Origin: Octopus vulgaris
Taxonomy: Eukaryota
DNA: 64,000 nt
Assembly: GCA_951406725.2 (NCBI GenBank)
Contig: OX597827.1
Coordinates: 73,594,001-73,658,000, forward strand
Reading direction: 5' to 3'
Of the stretch, positions 12,881 through 27,329 are shown piece by piece. A program made the translations under genes and the position numbers. Numbering within the stretch: position 1 is the stretch's first letter; every line of letters begins with the position of its first letter. Under the pieces are notes generated by a model, which did no database searches, was not told the origin of the DNA, and worked only from the letters and a program-made list of their open reading frames with translations.

Positions 12881-13530
12881 GTCAGTGACTATCTTTTATG
12901 AATATGTTAACAATTTCATTCGTAAACTACTCTATTGTAACGTAGCATTATTCTTATTAATGTCAGTGTAAATTTAATGTATCAATAGAATTGGAAGGTG
13001 GTGTGTTAATTCAGCATAGTAAACTACATCAGTAAACCAACTATGAAATTTTGAAATAGAAAACTATTATAAAAATAGTTTTCTATTTTAAAATAGAAAA
13101 TAGAAAACAGCGATCCCTTATCACTATTGTGGCACAAGACCGGTGAGCTGGCAGAGGCTTCGAATAAATCTGCCTTGCATTATTTCTTCCGATGCTTTAT
13201 GCTATGGGCTCAAATCCCACCGAGGTGTTGTTTGCCTTTCCTGTTTTTGGAATCGATTAACTAAAACAACAATCAAGTATCGAAGGGTCATGGTACCGAT
13301 TTATCAGTTCCCCTCAAAACTGTTCCCATATTAGAAATCATTTTGTCACTAAATATATTGTTAATAGCTTTTCACAACTATATATTTAGTAATATTAATC
13401 ACTGTTATTTCTTAGATTCTTTGTTTTGTGTCCACTAACAAAATGTCTGTTATGTCTCATTTACTGAAATTTAGTCTTATTATTTATAACATTGTTAAAA
13501 TGTACAGCTATCGTTTTCTTATATTCACAG

Positions 13531-13618
13531 AGACTGCCAAAGACCTTACCACTGCCTTATACTGAAGCAACAAAACCTGAGAATACAAAGAAGAATCGCT
13601 ATAAAACGATACTGCCTT
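13531..13618 (+). CDS. RPTP exon: D1, KNRY motif
   Basis: ttcacag|...|gtaaat; RLPKTLPLPYTEATKPENTKKNRYKTILP. Confidence 0.92.
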
Positions 13619-13922
13619 GTAAATATTGATTTATTTTTTTGTATTTAAGGTATCATATCCATCAAAGAATTGAAATAAAATGTGCGCCTTTGTTGTGAAA
13701 AATCTAGATATTCTTCCAGCTTGACAAATATTCTCACTCTACCAATAATGGTACTCATAGTTATAGTGAATGTTGGTGAGGACTCTTAATGGTTTTCATG
13801 AGATTTATTTTGAAACACCTGGAACATCAATACTCACAATTCTGAAAAGGGAAAATCAACAAAGCCCTTCCATTATACTGCACTTCTATGCTCGGAGTAA
13901 TTCGCATAATGTCGGCTACTTG

Positions 13923-14005
<83 letters not shown>

Positions 14006-14006
<1 letters not shown>

Positions 14007-14313
14007 CACGTGATCACGTGACCGAGTAGGCTATCAGATGTTGTTACACATCGCTGGTCACAATGCGCTTCGTATAGTTTTAGCCTTCAAATGACGCCAC
14101 CCCGCTGGCTAAGCGTGCAGGCCAACAGAAAAAAGAGCGAGAGAAAGTTGTGGCGAAAGAGTACAGCAGGGATCGCCACCACCCCCTGTCGGATCCTCGC
14201 GGAGCTTTTTAGGTGTTTTCGCTCAATAAACACTCACAACGCCCGGTCTGGGAATCGAAACCGCGATCCTACGACCGCGAGTCCGCTACTCTAACCACTG
14301 GGCCATTGCGCCT

Positions 14314-14314
<1 letters not shown>
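14006..14314 (-). mobile_element. tRNA-derived SINE between (TA)n and (CA)n
   Basis: Minus strand gaggcgcaatggcccagtggttagag...ggtttcgattccc (A/B boxes). Confidence 0.8.
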
Positions 14315-14411
<97 letters not shown>

Positions 14412-15052
14412 TATATGGTTGAATTAAATAGATTTTGTAAACCTCCGTAATTTTGGAGAATCATGCTTAGTGCATCCTTGAGATAAAATGCACTACCAAT
14501 TAAACAGTGCCATAAGATTACTCAAACAGTCTTGACAAGAGCATCGACAAAACCAGTTTTTGAAAAAACAAAGAACATAAACCCGTTTGAATCAAAGTCA
14601 TTGTTTTTGAACAAAGAGTTATTTTAGCAAATTGCTCAGTATCTGATATATTTTGTGCGCTGGTAATTCTAGTTGATTAAAGTCTCGTAATATGTCTTTT
14701 AATGCCACATGTTATAATTGACTAATTAGGTTTCTACTCAAGGATTTATATTTTGTAGGATTTGGAATATTGTCTCTTGCAAATTCACACGCTTCTCTCT
14801 TTTCCTTAACTTGGCCAAGTGTAGAAATCATTCACAGTGTTTGTCTATTAGTCATTTAATATTTATTTCTTAATCAAATATCACTTGTTGAGCTATTTCG
14901 CATAATTTCACATGTTGATATTTTTTTTACTAATTTAAACAACATTTTGTTGTATTTTGTAGTTTTTAAATATCTTTCTAGATTCTACTTCTTGCCAATA
15001 TAACTGATATCTTACTAACTAAAAATACATATTTCTTCGCTGCATATTTCAG

Positions 15053-15126
15053 ACGACCATTCACGTGTTAGGCTTCAACCTGACGAGATGTCCTCCTCAG
15101 ATTACATCAATGCAAACTTCATAAGT
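15053..15126 (+). CDS. RPTP exon: D1, DYINA motif
   Basis: tttcag|...|gtacgt; YDHSRVRLQPDEMSSSDYINANFIS. Confidence 0.93.
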
Positions 15127-15913
15127 GTACGTCAAAAATATTTCTTTCACTCCTCTCATATGTTACCATAACTTATTTTAACTAAGAAATATGAGGGTGT
15201 TGTTGATTTGTGCAATCTAAGCTCATCTTGGTTTTGATGTATCTACGTGGCCATCGCATCTCTACTCCATATAAATATTTCAAAATCATTCTGTAGTTTT
15301 GCGAAATATACATAGCGTTTATCATATTATTTCACAACCTCAATTGGTTGTAATACTGAGTATGGATTCGCAACCTCACAGAAGTGAGTTTGTTATTTTC
15401 TTAGGAGGAGAGAGGAAGAAAGTTAGGACAAAAGAGAATTGTTCTGTAACAAAATATAACAAACCTACTTAGAACTATAACAATCATAATATAATTCAGC
15501 CATGATATTATTTCTAGCAAAGTTCATTTCTGTTCAAAATGGAACGAACGCTCATCAATATGTATGTACATTAGTATGTACAAAATACAGGTGTTTTACT
15601 TCTATATGAATTTAGTTATCTATAGATATAGAGATTACTAGTTTGGATATTAGGTGCACATTATAAATGACGAATTTTACGATGGATTACTATGTTAATT
15701 TTATAACACTCCATGGTCAAATCTTAATGTTGCAAGGAAGATGAGTTAGAACAACAACAATATTAAGAAATTCCGATTTACTATAAATACAAAAAAAAAA
15801 TGACGATTAACATATATGAAAGTTCGATAGTGAATTAAATTTTATATTTCATTCTTTGGTATTTAATAATTGACATTTTAATAATCCTTTGATTTACCTT
15901 TGTTTTGTTTCAG

Positions 15914-15938
15914 AACCAGCGTTATATTGCTTGTCAAG
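15914..15938 (+). CDS. RPTP 25-nt microexon: D1, YIACQG
   Basis: tgttttgtttcag|aaccagcgttatattgcttgtcaag|gtatgt; NQRYIACQ(G). Confidence 0.9.
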
Positions 15939-16264
15939 GTATGTATTATTAATTATATTGATAAAGAAAAATAATTATATTGAAAGTTTTGCGTGAATCC
16001 TAACATCTTCAGGGCTTTCAGTAAATGAAACTGTATTTTCCAGGTTATAATATATATCGCATTTCTGTGGTCATTTGAGGGGTAAAGAAAAATAGATATT
16101 CCATAAATTTTCACTGAAAATCTATCCCTAAATTATTTTCAGATGTTTACTTTCTTCTCAACAAAAGCAGCAGCCCTATCAATCAGCTAATTATTACATA
16201 TCTTAGACTTCCCTCATTCATATAAGTCAGTCTACTATAATAAACTTCCATGAGTATACATACA

Positions 16265-16298
<34 letters not shown>

Positions 16299-16677
16299 CA
16301 GACATACATACATACATACATACATACATACATACATACATACATACATACATGCATACATACATACATATGATGGTCGCTCTCGTCGAAGACGACGTAC
16401 AAGCGTTCGGCTTTCGCCGGACGACCTGCACAAATGATTTGTTTATAATAATCGAATATTTGTGCCGCACATTAGCTCACTGTCTCCATCAAATCGATGT
16501 TGTCTGAAGAATATGCTACTCCTCAGGCATCGAACTAATCTCAGAGCAACACGAAGTATTTTACTCAAGAACACAACACACCATTTGGACTAGGAACTGA
16601 AATCACAATTTAGCAATCGTGTGTACAACACGCTAAATCCTAGGCTATACATACATACATACATACATACATACCCG

Positions 16678-16770
<93 letters not shown>

Positions 16771-17525
16771 TTGTGTGTTTGTGTGTGTTTGTATGTATGT
16801 GTGTTGGGTGATTCTAGGTATGTGTGTAAAGTAATAATCCGTATCCTTTTTAACCAGATTGACCGTTCGAACGGACTTTACTGCAATTCTTTAACCTCAA
16901 GGGGACATCTCCTCTAGCTGGTTAATAATGCACAGCTGCTTCCGAGATATTGCGAACGGAGGAGTGAACCCCTACCACCTTCTTCTAGCGATGGGACCAG
17001 CAGACAGGCCTGATTTCGGGATATTTCTGCTCCTCTCCAGTACTAGACACCATATCTGCTCGAAATATATATCATTTCAAGCGGCATAAAGTTACTGATT
17101 TTGCAACAAACAAAAATGCTAGTTCTAAAATCTCCTTAAGAGATCAACGCAATGGTTGTACCGACAAGTTGAACATGTCTGTCCGTTCGAATGGATAGCC
17201 ATGCAGAAATGGCTACGAACATTGGTTGTTAGTACAACTACTACGTTGATTTCTTAGAGAGATTCTAGAACGATTTTAGAAGTTAAATTTAGAATTAAAG
17301 AATCGAGGTTTAGAAAGGAAGCATTAAATGCAAAATCCAAACCATATTTCAGGGTAAGTTCCAGGTAATGTGCTTGTAGAATATGTTCACTACATTTGGC
17401 TATCAGGCATCATCAGCAATATCGTGCGTTCGTCGTTAAATCTACGTCTGGAGTTCCGAGGTGCACGTACGGTCTATTTCTAAGTGATTAATACGGAAGA
17501 CGATGTGTAACCAGAAGCATTTATT

Positions 17526-17630
17526 ATCACAACAAACGTTTCAGCATCATTCTGCATTGCTCTCTAGTGGGCGTGGGACGATGTAATGACTCCATTTGCA
17601 ACGCACAATGCAAAAACCTCATCAGGTGAC
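17526..17630 (-). ncRNA. Degenerate type I hammerhead ribozyme motif (Penelope pLTR-like)
   Basis: gtcac-CTGATGA-(ttttgcattg...caatgcagaa)-GAAA-CgtttG-TT-gtgat, followed directly by aataaa. Confidence 0.5.
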
Positions 17631-17818
17631 GTAACATGCTTCAAAAGTTACCAGATTTACATTTCATTTTCGGTTCAAGTTATATACTGATGGTGAGATT
17701 CTAGTAGTTTAGATATATCTGGTTAAGTGAAGAACATGTGGTCAGGAAGTGAAAAAATTATATATATATATATATGTGTCTGTGTGTGTGTATGTGTGTA
17801 TGTGTGTGTGTGTGCGTG

Positions 17819-17872
<54 letters not shown>

Positions 17873-17982
17873 TAGTTAAAAGTTATGACAAGTCATAGAG
17901 TAACTATTGATTTCGATCCTATAAAGCTTTGAGCAGTATATGTGATATGTGACTCGATGTGTAAATATATGAATGTGCGTAT

Positions 17983-18028
<46 letters not shown>

Positions 18029-18710
18029 TGTTTATTCTTTACATGTCTGCTGCAACACAAGAGTAGAAGTAACAGATGAAAGAGAAGTAGCAATAGAGAA
18101 AATGGGGCAGAGTGGAAGTCTCTCTTGTGCAGCTGGATGTACAACAGAAATTGATGGGAGTCGGCACTCCAGAAAGAGTAACGAGAAAGTAAATCATGAA
18201 AGGAAGAGGAATAAAGAGGCAAGAGACGGGAGGGAGGAGAACATCTCACTCACCCCATTACACTCACATGCACATTAACACATGCATACACACTCGGTCA
18301 TATACGTGCGTCTACTGACAAACATGAGCACATGCACAAAGCGAATGCTGAAACTTCAGAAGTAAATCGAAATTTCATGCCCAAAATATTTTTAATTTTT
18401 CATTTAATTCTTCTTTTCTATCGCCCACCAAAGGAATATGCGAATATTATATATCTTATATTTCCTTCCGATATATAATTATCGAACGTAACTCTAATTT
18501 GAAATTACTTCCAATGTTCGAGCTTTTGAGAAGCAATATCCATGGCTGACTTGAAGACTTAGAGTTTATTGACTGTTGGGAAACAACGTAAAGTGCAAAA
18601 GGATACCGACTACCACCGGCTAATTTAAATGGGAGTAGAGTGTAAACAGAAATTTTAGTTTATTTTAAATTTTTCTTTGTGGTTTTTATTTTGTTCTTTT
18701 ATTTGAACAG

Positions 18711-18808
18711 GTCCTACACAAAATGCGGTGACGGACTTCTGGAGGATGATCTGGCAATTGAAATGTAATACTATAGTCATGTTAACTGACATTGTGGAAA
18801 ATGGAAAG
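18711..18808 (+). CDS. RPTP exon: D1, DFWRMIW
   Basis: gaacag|...|gtatag; GPTQNAVTDFWRMIWQLKCNTIVMLTDIVENGK. Confidence 0.94.
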
Positions 18809-18930
18809 GTATAGTGTTTCTTCAGGAGAACTTGATAACGTAAACCATTCTTTAAGAAAATTTCGCTATATATGTATGTGAATATGCATGCAAGTAAGTA
18901 TGTATGTATGTATGTATGTATGTATGTATG

Positions 18931-18964
<34 letters not shown>

Positions 18965-18990
18965 TGTATGCATGCATGCATGCAGGTATG

Positions 18991-19022
<32 letters not shown>

Positions 19023-19912
19023 CATGCATGCATGTATGTATGTATGTATGTATGCATGTATACGTGAAGAATTCTAAGCATATATCTGTATATCTAGACA
19101 TGCTCATAAATACTTAAACTATAAACTTCCGGAAGTTTTACAAACTTTTGCAGTTCCAGTGATGGCTTAGACGTATGGTCTTCGAATATGCATGCATGCA
19201 TGCAAGTATGTATGTATGTATGTATGTATGTATGTATGTATGTATGTATGTATGTATGTATGTATGCATGCATGTATGTATGCGTATATTCATGCATGCA
19301 TAGACGCATCAAAGCCATTAGAGTCGAAATACATATTCCACCATACATAGAATTATCGGAATGTTCGTTACGACAGATGTTAACGGGTTTGATTTGCCGA
19401 TAAATTTTGAAAGCCTTACGGTTATACTGGGAAAGTAATATCGGATTCTTATGCAAAATGCGATACCAAAACATAGAATTACATGTTTCCCCATGACACA
19501 ATAGTTATTCCGAATTTTGTCAAAATGCGAACAATTTTTGGTGAGGGGTAAGTCTATTACATCAACCCTGTTGTTCAACTTATACTTACTTTATCGACCC
19601 AGAAATTATGAATGGCAAAGTCGACTTCAGCGAAATTTGAACTCAGAATATGAAGATGAATAGAATACTGCTGAGGCCATTGAATGCTATGCAGTTATGT
19701 GTGTCAGTGTGTGTTTGTATGTGTGTGTGTGTGTGTGCGTGCGTATGTGTGTGTGTATATGAATAGTATAAAATATTGTAACAGCTATAGTTTCTTTTGA
19801 GTGGTGTTCTGTGATTTTAGTCACTCCGTTTATGTTTAAGAATCAAGATTTTAAGTAGCATTTTAACTTTTCTTATTTTTTATATTATATATTTATTTAT
19901 TTATTTTGTCAG

Positions 19913-20035
19913 ATGAAGTGTATGCAGTATTGGCCAGATGAAGAGCATACTGAGTCATTTGGTAACATCGAAGTTACACATATCAACACTAGCTATCATT
20001 CAACTCATATACACCGAAGATTTATTATTTCAAAG
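19913..20035 (+). CDS. RPTP exon: D1, KCxQYWP
   Basis: tttgtcag|...|gtaagg; MKCMQYWPDEEHTESFGNIEVTHINTSYHSTHIHRRFIISK. Confidence 0.93.
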
Positions 20036-20228
20036 GTAAGGCATTCCATATTATTTCATATTATATAAGAATTACGTTTCTTACAAGGAAATTCTGGGAG
20101 ACCGTTGTATAAAATGTAAACTCACGTAAAATTTGATTGCTACAATAAATATGGAGTGAAAAAAGGTGAAATATTTTTTACTCCTTTATGCTTTAATTGC
20201 TTTCTAACAATAAAATTTATCATATTAT

Positions 20229-20630
20229 AGGCGCAGGCTTTATGGTTAGATGCTTGCTTACCAACCACATGGTTCTGGGTTGAGTCCCACTGCGTGGTAC
20301 CTTGGGCAGGTGTCTTCTACTATAGCCTCTGGCCGATCAAATCCTTGTGTGTGGATATGGTAGACGGAAACTGAAAGAAGCCCGTTGTATATACATACTC
20401 TCACACACACATATATGTGTGTGGGGGTCTGTGTTTGGCTCCCCGCAACATCCATTGACGATCGATGCTGGTGTTTACGTCCCCGTAACATAGTGGTTCG
20501 GCAAAAGAAACAAATGTACTAGGCTTACAAAGAATAAGTTCTGGGGTCGATTTGCTCGACTGAAAGTGGTGCTCCGGCATGGCCGCAGTCAAATGACTGA
20601 AACATGTTAAAGAAGGAATAAAAGAAAGAA
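20229..20630 (+). mobile_element. tRNA-derived SINE (same family as 1862-2280)
   Basis: ggcgcagg...ggttagatgcttgcttaccaaccacatggttctgggttgagtccc...ggccgcagtcaaatgactgaaac. Confidence 0.8.
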
Positions 20631-20996
20631 TATCACTATTCTTGAATTACTTAACATGCACTCAATACAATATCTGTGGTGCTCTATATAGTTTTATAAC
20701 AAATTAACGAAGAATATCAGTAATTATTTCAGTCTGGTACTTGCTTTATCGCATACTCTGTATTGTGCCAGCCAGTTGCAGGATCTAAATGGACATAACA
20801 TTCATAAACATATACATACATGGATAGATAAATGCGTTTGCACAAAGAGGAGTCTCGTACATGCAATATAATGAATGGAAAACTTCCATTGAATGAAATA
20901 ATACAAGCAATTAAAAGGCAAAACTCAACTTGTTATGAATAATCAAATTTGGGACTTTGCAAACAAGTTCCTCTCTGAAATGCAGCTACACAGAGA

Positions 20997-21075
<79 letters not shown>

Positions 21076-21204
21076 TATATACATACATATACATATATAT
21101 ATATTCATATATACACATATATATACGTATATACATATATATATACCTATATACAATATATATATACTTTCTCATATATATATATACATATATATATTTG
21201 TATG

Positions 21205-21263
<59 letters not shown>

Positions 21264-21778
21264 ATGTATGTATATATATATATATTTGAGTCTAAGGCAT
21301 TAGAAAACATAGATATATTGTAAAAATATGGAAATATTACTGAACAGATGTTCCTAATATCTGTGATGTTCAAATCATTTTTTTAACATTCACTATCCCA
21401 CCTTTTTGTATACCCACGACTATATTACTCAACGTTTCATTTCCTTTAAACATCCTACAGTGTGGTTTAACTTCTATTTCTAGATGGTTAAGTGACTGCT
21501 TTGGCGTTCTATCGTTTCATATGTGCTTTACAGGCCAGATTCATCTCAGTGAAACAAGCACTATAGTACTTTGTGTTTTATCATTGATCTAAAATTTGCT
21601 ATTTTGTTTCGAAGACTGACGCTGTGCAACGCTTTGAAATAAGTTGGATGCCCTGTAATGGTATCAACATTAATATTATAATAATATACTACGATAGTAT
21701 TTTATTACATTGTTTAATAGTGCTTCAGTATAATTTTACATAGATTTTCTTCCAAAACTTTTTACGTTTTATTTACAG

Positions 21779-21936
21779 TCAGGTGGTCATCAGAATGAAA
21801 GATGGACTATCGATCATTTCTACTTCAATAAATGGCCAGATCATGGCATACCACAGCACACAGAATATATCTTAGAATTCCGAAATGCCGTAAGGTTCAG
21901 AGAAGGAACAACATCATCATTGGTCGTACATTGCAG
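21779..21936 (+). CDS. RPTP exon: D1, WPD loop to catalytic Cys
   Basis: tttacag|...|gtttgt; SGGHQNERWTIDHFYFNKWPDHGIPQHTEYILEFRNAVRFREGTTSSLVVHC. Confidence 0.93.
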
Positions 21937-22153
21937 GTTTGTAATTATATCTATAACACGCATATTTCATATTTTATATAATTATATATATGCATTTTTA
22001 TATTTATAATAACCATAATTATATCATCTATACAATGATGTCAGCTTTCCTTTTTATAATTTCTGAAAGAAGATCCAGAGCGGTAGAAATGAATATATAT
22101 ATCTGTATGTGTGTGTGAATATATACACATATATATATATATATATGTATATA

Positions 22154-22234
<81 letters not shown>

Positions 22235-23196
22235 ATATATATATGTATGTATGTCTGTCTGTATTTATGTATGTGTGTGTTTGTTAGCACTCGTGAGTGT
22301 GTACCTGTGCGCATGTAAGCGTGTAAGCGTGTATGTTGGTAACAAGCCATGTTAACTTTTGAAATGTTTTGTTATATAATTCATGATATAGTGAAAAATA
22401 TAAAGCTAAAGCTTAGTAAAAAGGAGGGTCCACGAAATTTTGCCTAAATTGAACCACGTTTATAAGTTTATAAGTTTTCCTATATTTTGTGTGGGACAAC
22501 GAGATTCAGAAATATTTTAGAGTCAAAGTATCACGTTTAATCAATCAAAACGTTTGCCTCACGACATCACTTCAACAAAGAGACGATTCTAAATATTGAC
22601 ATGGTTTCGGAAAAAGGAAACATCTCGACATAGAAGAGTGACTGAGAAAAATTTAGGTTCTTAGTAATGTAGGTATATATGATGTAGTAAGTCAAGAAAT
22701 TTTAACCAATATTGTCTTACGTTAACACAATATGTCGTCCCAATAATGATTGTTTCCATTCCTAATGAAAAACTTTGGTTAAAATTGTTTGCTGAGAAGT
22801 GTGTTAATATCAAATTTAGGGTCCGATTTCCAGCATTACTCAATTTTAGCAGGCACCGAGCTAGAAGAATTGTTAGTATGGCCGGCAAAATGCTTTGTTA
22901 CATTTCGTCCATTTTTGTGTTCTGAGTTCAAATTCCGCCGATATTGACTTTGCCTTTTATATTTTCGGGGTCGATAAAATAAGTTCCAGTTGAAGACTGG
23001 ATTCAATGTAACCGATTTATCCCTCACTCGAAAATGTTGGCTTTGTGCCAAAATTAGAAACCAGTATTATTCAACTGTTATTTTTTCCTAAATGTTTTCT
23101 TTTGTTCTCCAAGCGTAATCCATGTATTTATTTTGTTATTTATTAAATTGTTGGAAGCAATCATAGACATTTTATTGTCCTTGACCCTTCTTTCAG

Positions 23197-23332
23197 TGCT
23201 GGTGTCGGTCGTACCGGAACTTACATTTGCATTGACATTCTTCTCAATGAAATGTTGAGTGGTGAAGCTATTGATGTATTGGCATGTGTTACGAAGCTTC
23301 GGGAGGAGAGGATGCATATGGTCCAGAAAAGG
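23197..23332 (+). CDS. RPTP exon: D1, P-loop and Q-loop
   Basis: ctttcag|...|gtgagt; SAGVGRTGTYICIDILLNEMLSGEAIDVLACVTKLREERMHMVQKR. Confidence 0.95.
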
Positions 23333-26300
23333 GTGAGTTAATGAAAACGTAAATAAGAAAAAATACTTAGTCTAATAGCTTGTAACTCTCAGGGACTCTC
23401 CCTTTTATGGGCTTGCTTTCATCTTTTCTTTCAGCGGCAATGGCCATTGCTGTTACCTTCTATAATTTGGCTATTTCTTGAAAGGCGGGGAATTGGCAGA
23501 AATTTTACAGCTCCAGGGAAATTGGCTTGCAGGATTCGTAACCGTGTCTTCACTCTCATTTTAAATTTCGCTGATGTCAGCTTCACATATAATACTTTAG
23601 TCGATAAATAAAGTACTTGTTTGGAGTTGAGATTCAATATTCTCTCCATCCCTTACACACACATATCTCTCTTTTTTTCTTCCTCTCTTTCTCACTAACT
23701 TTTGCTTTCCGTTCAAAAGTCTAGTCTTCTGACTTTGTGTTACACTGGGTTATATATCAATAGTGCATCTGTCTGTTGAATACCGAGAATTGTACGCTTT
23801 AATTTTATTTGTTGGAAGTCAGTTGCTCATCGTCAGAATCAACAGAGGATAAAACACAGCAATTCTGAAGTATTTGTGAGTTGCTCTTCAGTCATAGCTG
23901 TTACGAGAGTATAGAAAATAACGTGTTACGATGCCATAGTCTGCTATGGGACTGACAAGTTACAGTCAAGTTACATCTAGTCCCCGAAACAAAATTGGAT
24001 TTATAACTCTCAGAAAATACTATAATTTCGCATCATTATATATTTCTTGTCAATTCTATACGATTTTATTCTCATTACATTGAAATATGTTCCGTGAGAA
24101 AGTTCTCAGCGTATTTAGTGCTTATTAATGAAGTAGACAATTAATAAAATAACTCATAATTATGAAAGTGTTTTCAGGAATCAAAAGAAATAAAAGCACT
24201 CAGAGAACGCAAACCTCCGTCAAATCAGCACCAACGTCCTCTCAATGAGGATTTTTAAAATGAGAATATCTGAAATAAAGTTGACTGATCTCACAAACGG
24301 GATTGCTAAAAATGAACCGACCGCCCTCAAAAATTAAGTCAAAAACCGGAAAAACAATTCAGAATCCTTGTCCAGTACCTTCCAATTACTATAGATGGGT
24401 AATACAGATGGGCCGGTCACCTGCCTGGTGAGGAAGCTCTCATTGGGGAGTGGTAACAACTAGGGTAGTATAGATGACTGCTTATTGTGATCAATTCTCT
24501 TTTGGCTTTCTCTAGCTTTGCTCTCTTTTAGAAACCCAGTGAACATCCATATATGTCCGATTTCAAAGAAATTTGAACAATATATATAACACAAGTTAAA
24601 AATCATTCCCAACAATTCAACTTCTTTGGTTGATTTTAAGACCCCATTAATAGGGGTCTTAACTCCCACATTTTAGAGTTCCATGTGCTCCATGTACTCT
24701 ATTTTTCAGGAGCAAAAGTTTTGAGGGGGTTTTGCAAGATTTGGATTTTAGAATCGGGGCATAAAGATGAGTAGTATGAGATAAATATGTCATGATTAGA
24801 ATTTTGGTTTGGGTGAGTAAAGAGGGAAAGAACCACAATAAGTCAGTCAGTCACCGGCTGACACTCATCGATACATCGAAGAGGCCAGGGAACAGAAGAA
24901 AGAAGAAGAAAGAAGACATGCACCCAACACCAGAGCTGAAGACACATCCGAAAGGTGGGGGGGGGGCACGTCAAAACGGTAGAGGAGTAGGAGCCGAAAC
25001 CGGACGTGGTTCCTCCTGATGATGTCTTGAGCTAACTGGATCCTATAAAGCAGCTGTTGTGGTAGCAGGCCACGAAACACGGTTGTAATTCCTAGTTATA
25101 TATTTATAAAAAGCTGATTCGGTTATATCTACTAACATATATACAGAACTTTATATGTGATGGTAGTCTCTTTTAGTCCGAGCAAGCTAAACAAGCGACT
25201 TATTTATACTGATTAAATGTATTTACTGTTCATTAGCTCACATTCTCTGTGAAATCTATGCTACCTGAACAGGTGCGCGTTGTGCCAACGTCAAGTGTCA
25301 AAGTTATTGCAAAGCAATATCAATTGTTTTGCCCAAGAAAAAATACGCACCACCCAGTGCAAGAGTTGGACCCACGCTCTTCCGTTCATGCGTACAACTA
25401 ATTCATGCGCCCTCACAAGTGAATATACAGCAAGTATAAGCTTTGAGGCTGAAATTCATGTAGAGTTTGTACTTGTTGGTATGAAAGTTAAGCAACTTAC
25501 GGAATTAGTCACTGAATTCCATGCATTGAATTAACATTTTCACAATAAGGTAGATCGCACTAACTTCATTTATCACTATATCATTAACTTTAAATATTCA
25601 ATAATATTTAGTTTTAGCCTCGTTAGATATTGCCGACCTAGCCTACTCTGATGTTACGTCGCTGAATACATCTCAAACTAATAGTATTACAGTATAGTAC
25701 ACGCCCAATCACTACACGAATAGAAGAAAATGTCATTGAAAAGAAATACATTGTAGCATTCTCTCGATTAGGGTTCATGTGATCGTGTAACATGGCTTTT
25801 GAATTTTTATTGCTGGGCGGATTAAATGCGGATTTAAAACATAAGGAAATAAGTTAGAATATATGGGTTTCATAAATTCCATAGATACTTTGTTTATGTG
25901 TTTAACTAAAGTCCCCAACAAGATTATAAGCCCGGTGACAACAATATTTGCAAGATATGGCACCTCGGCGAAATAATTAAATTTTCGTTTTCATATTAAG
26001 TCTATTTCTAATTAATTTCAACTCTGAACCTCTTTTGCAGGTTGTTGATTTTTTATTATCTAGTTCTCTCTAAAGAACAAGATATAAATTAAATATTCGA
26101 TCACACTAAAAGTTTAACGTGTTAAGTTTTGTAATATGCTTTTAGTACGTTCACTTCCTTCGCTCTCTCTTCATATTTATTTATTTAAATCGTTTCCTCC
26201 AAATCTCAAATCTCAGGTTGTTTTCCCTCAAGTCGATCAAACTAACCCATAATTATATTAATCTCACCCAATCATTTCATTCTTCAATTTCAAAAACGTT

Positions 26301-26441
26301 TTTCATGAAACGAAGGTTTATTTCCTTCTCTTTACCAAACTAATGACTACGAAACACAATGTCTTTTTTCTATTCCAAAAATTATTGTTTGCTTAAACAC
26401 TGAGCCTATGTGATTTTAAACGGATTCATTTCTGTTTCCAG

Positions 26442-26591
26442 ATACAACTGGAGTTTATATATGATGTTTTAGTCGAGAACATTCTCACCGGAGATTATGA
26501 CATAGATGTGAATAATATACCAAGGGAATTCTCTAGAATAACGGAAACAGACCATTCAACAAGAGTATCGATTTTAGAGCATCAGTTTCAG
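26442..26591 (+). CDS. RPTP exon: D1 end and D1-D2 linker
   Basis: tttccag|...|gtaagc; IQLEFIYDVLVENILTGDYDIDVNNIPREFSRITETDHSTRVSILEHQFQ. Confidence 0.9.
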
Positions 26592-26802
26592 GTAAGCCAG
26601 AAATGTAATTGCGATCGAAGAAGCGATCAATTCTTATTGAAACCGATGGAAAAGTCAGCTTGCAAAACGTTTTAATACACAGTTTCATCATTATCTTATC
26701 TATTCTATATTCCGTAAATAAAGGTATTTTCCTTTGTATTTTACCATCGCTCCAACATTTGTTGTGCTTAAACTAGACAACCATTTTTTATATAATTTCA
26801 AG

Positions 26803-26857
26803 GACGTAATAAAACAAGTCGAAGTGCGTGACACGGACATTGCATTAAAAGAGGGTG
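26803..26857 (+). CDS. RPTP exon: D2 N-terminus (shortened)
   Basis: tttcaag|...|gtaagt; DVIKQVEVRDTDIALKEG; phase 0-1. Confidence 0.65.
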
Positions 26858-27329
26858 GTAAGTTGAAAATATAAAAGAAATATAAAAAAAGTAGCTTGTG
26901 AATGCATGGCAGTACTAATTAACATCATTTTTGTTTAACATTCTCTGTCAATCAAATTTTAAAATTCTAATGGCGTTGAGTAAAAAAGCACATATAACTA
27001 AATTATTTGATATTGGAGCATGAAATCTAATTTTCGCTACACTCAAATCCTTCAAGTTTTTGGAATCAACTAATATAGATATTCAAAAGTGATTTTCCCA
27101 TTTGAATACACAACTATTTAAGTTGAATTTCATTTCAAATCCATGCATCGTTCATATCACTGCATGTCATATTTCAAGTAATGTACCCCTATTCGCATGT
27201 CATTTCTGTATGGAATGCACGTATGAATGTTTCGTGAAGGAAAATAAGAATTGAAGAACTTCAGGCAGATCCTTTTGGAAGTACTTCATACGATGAATCT
27301 GGCTAAGGGAATGAGCTTTGAAAGGTATA

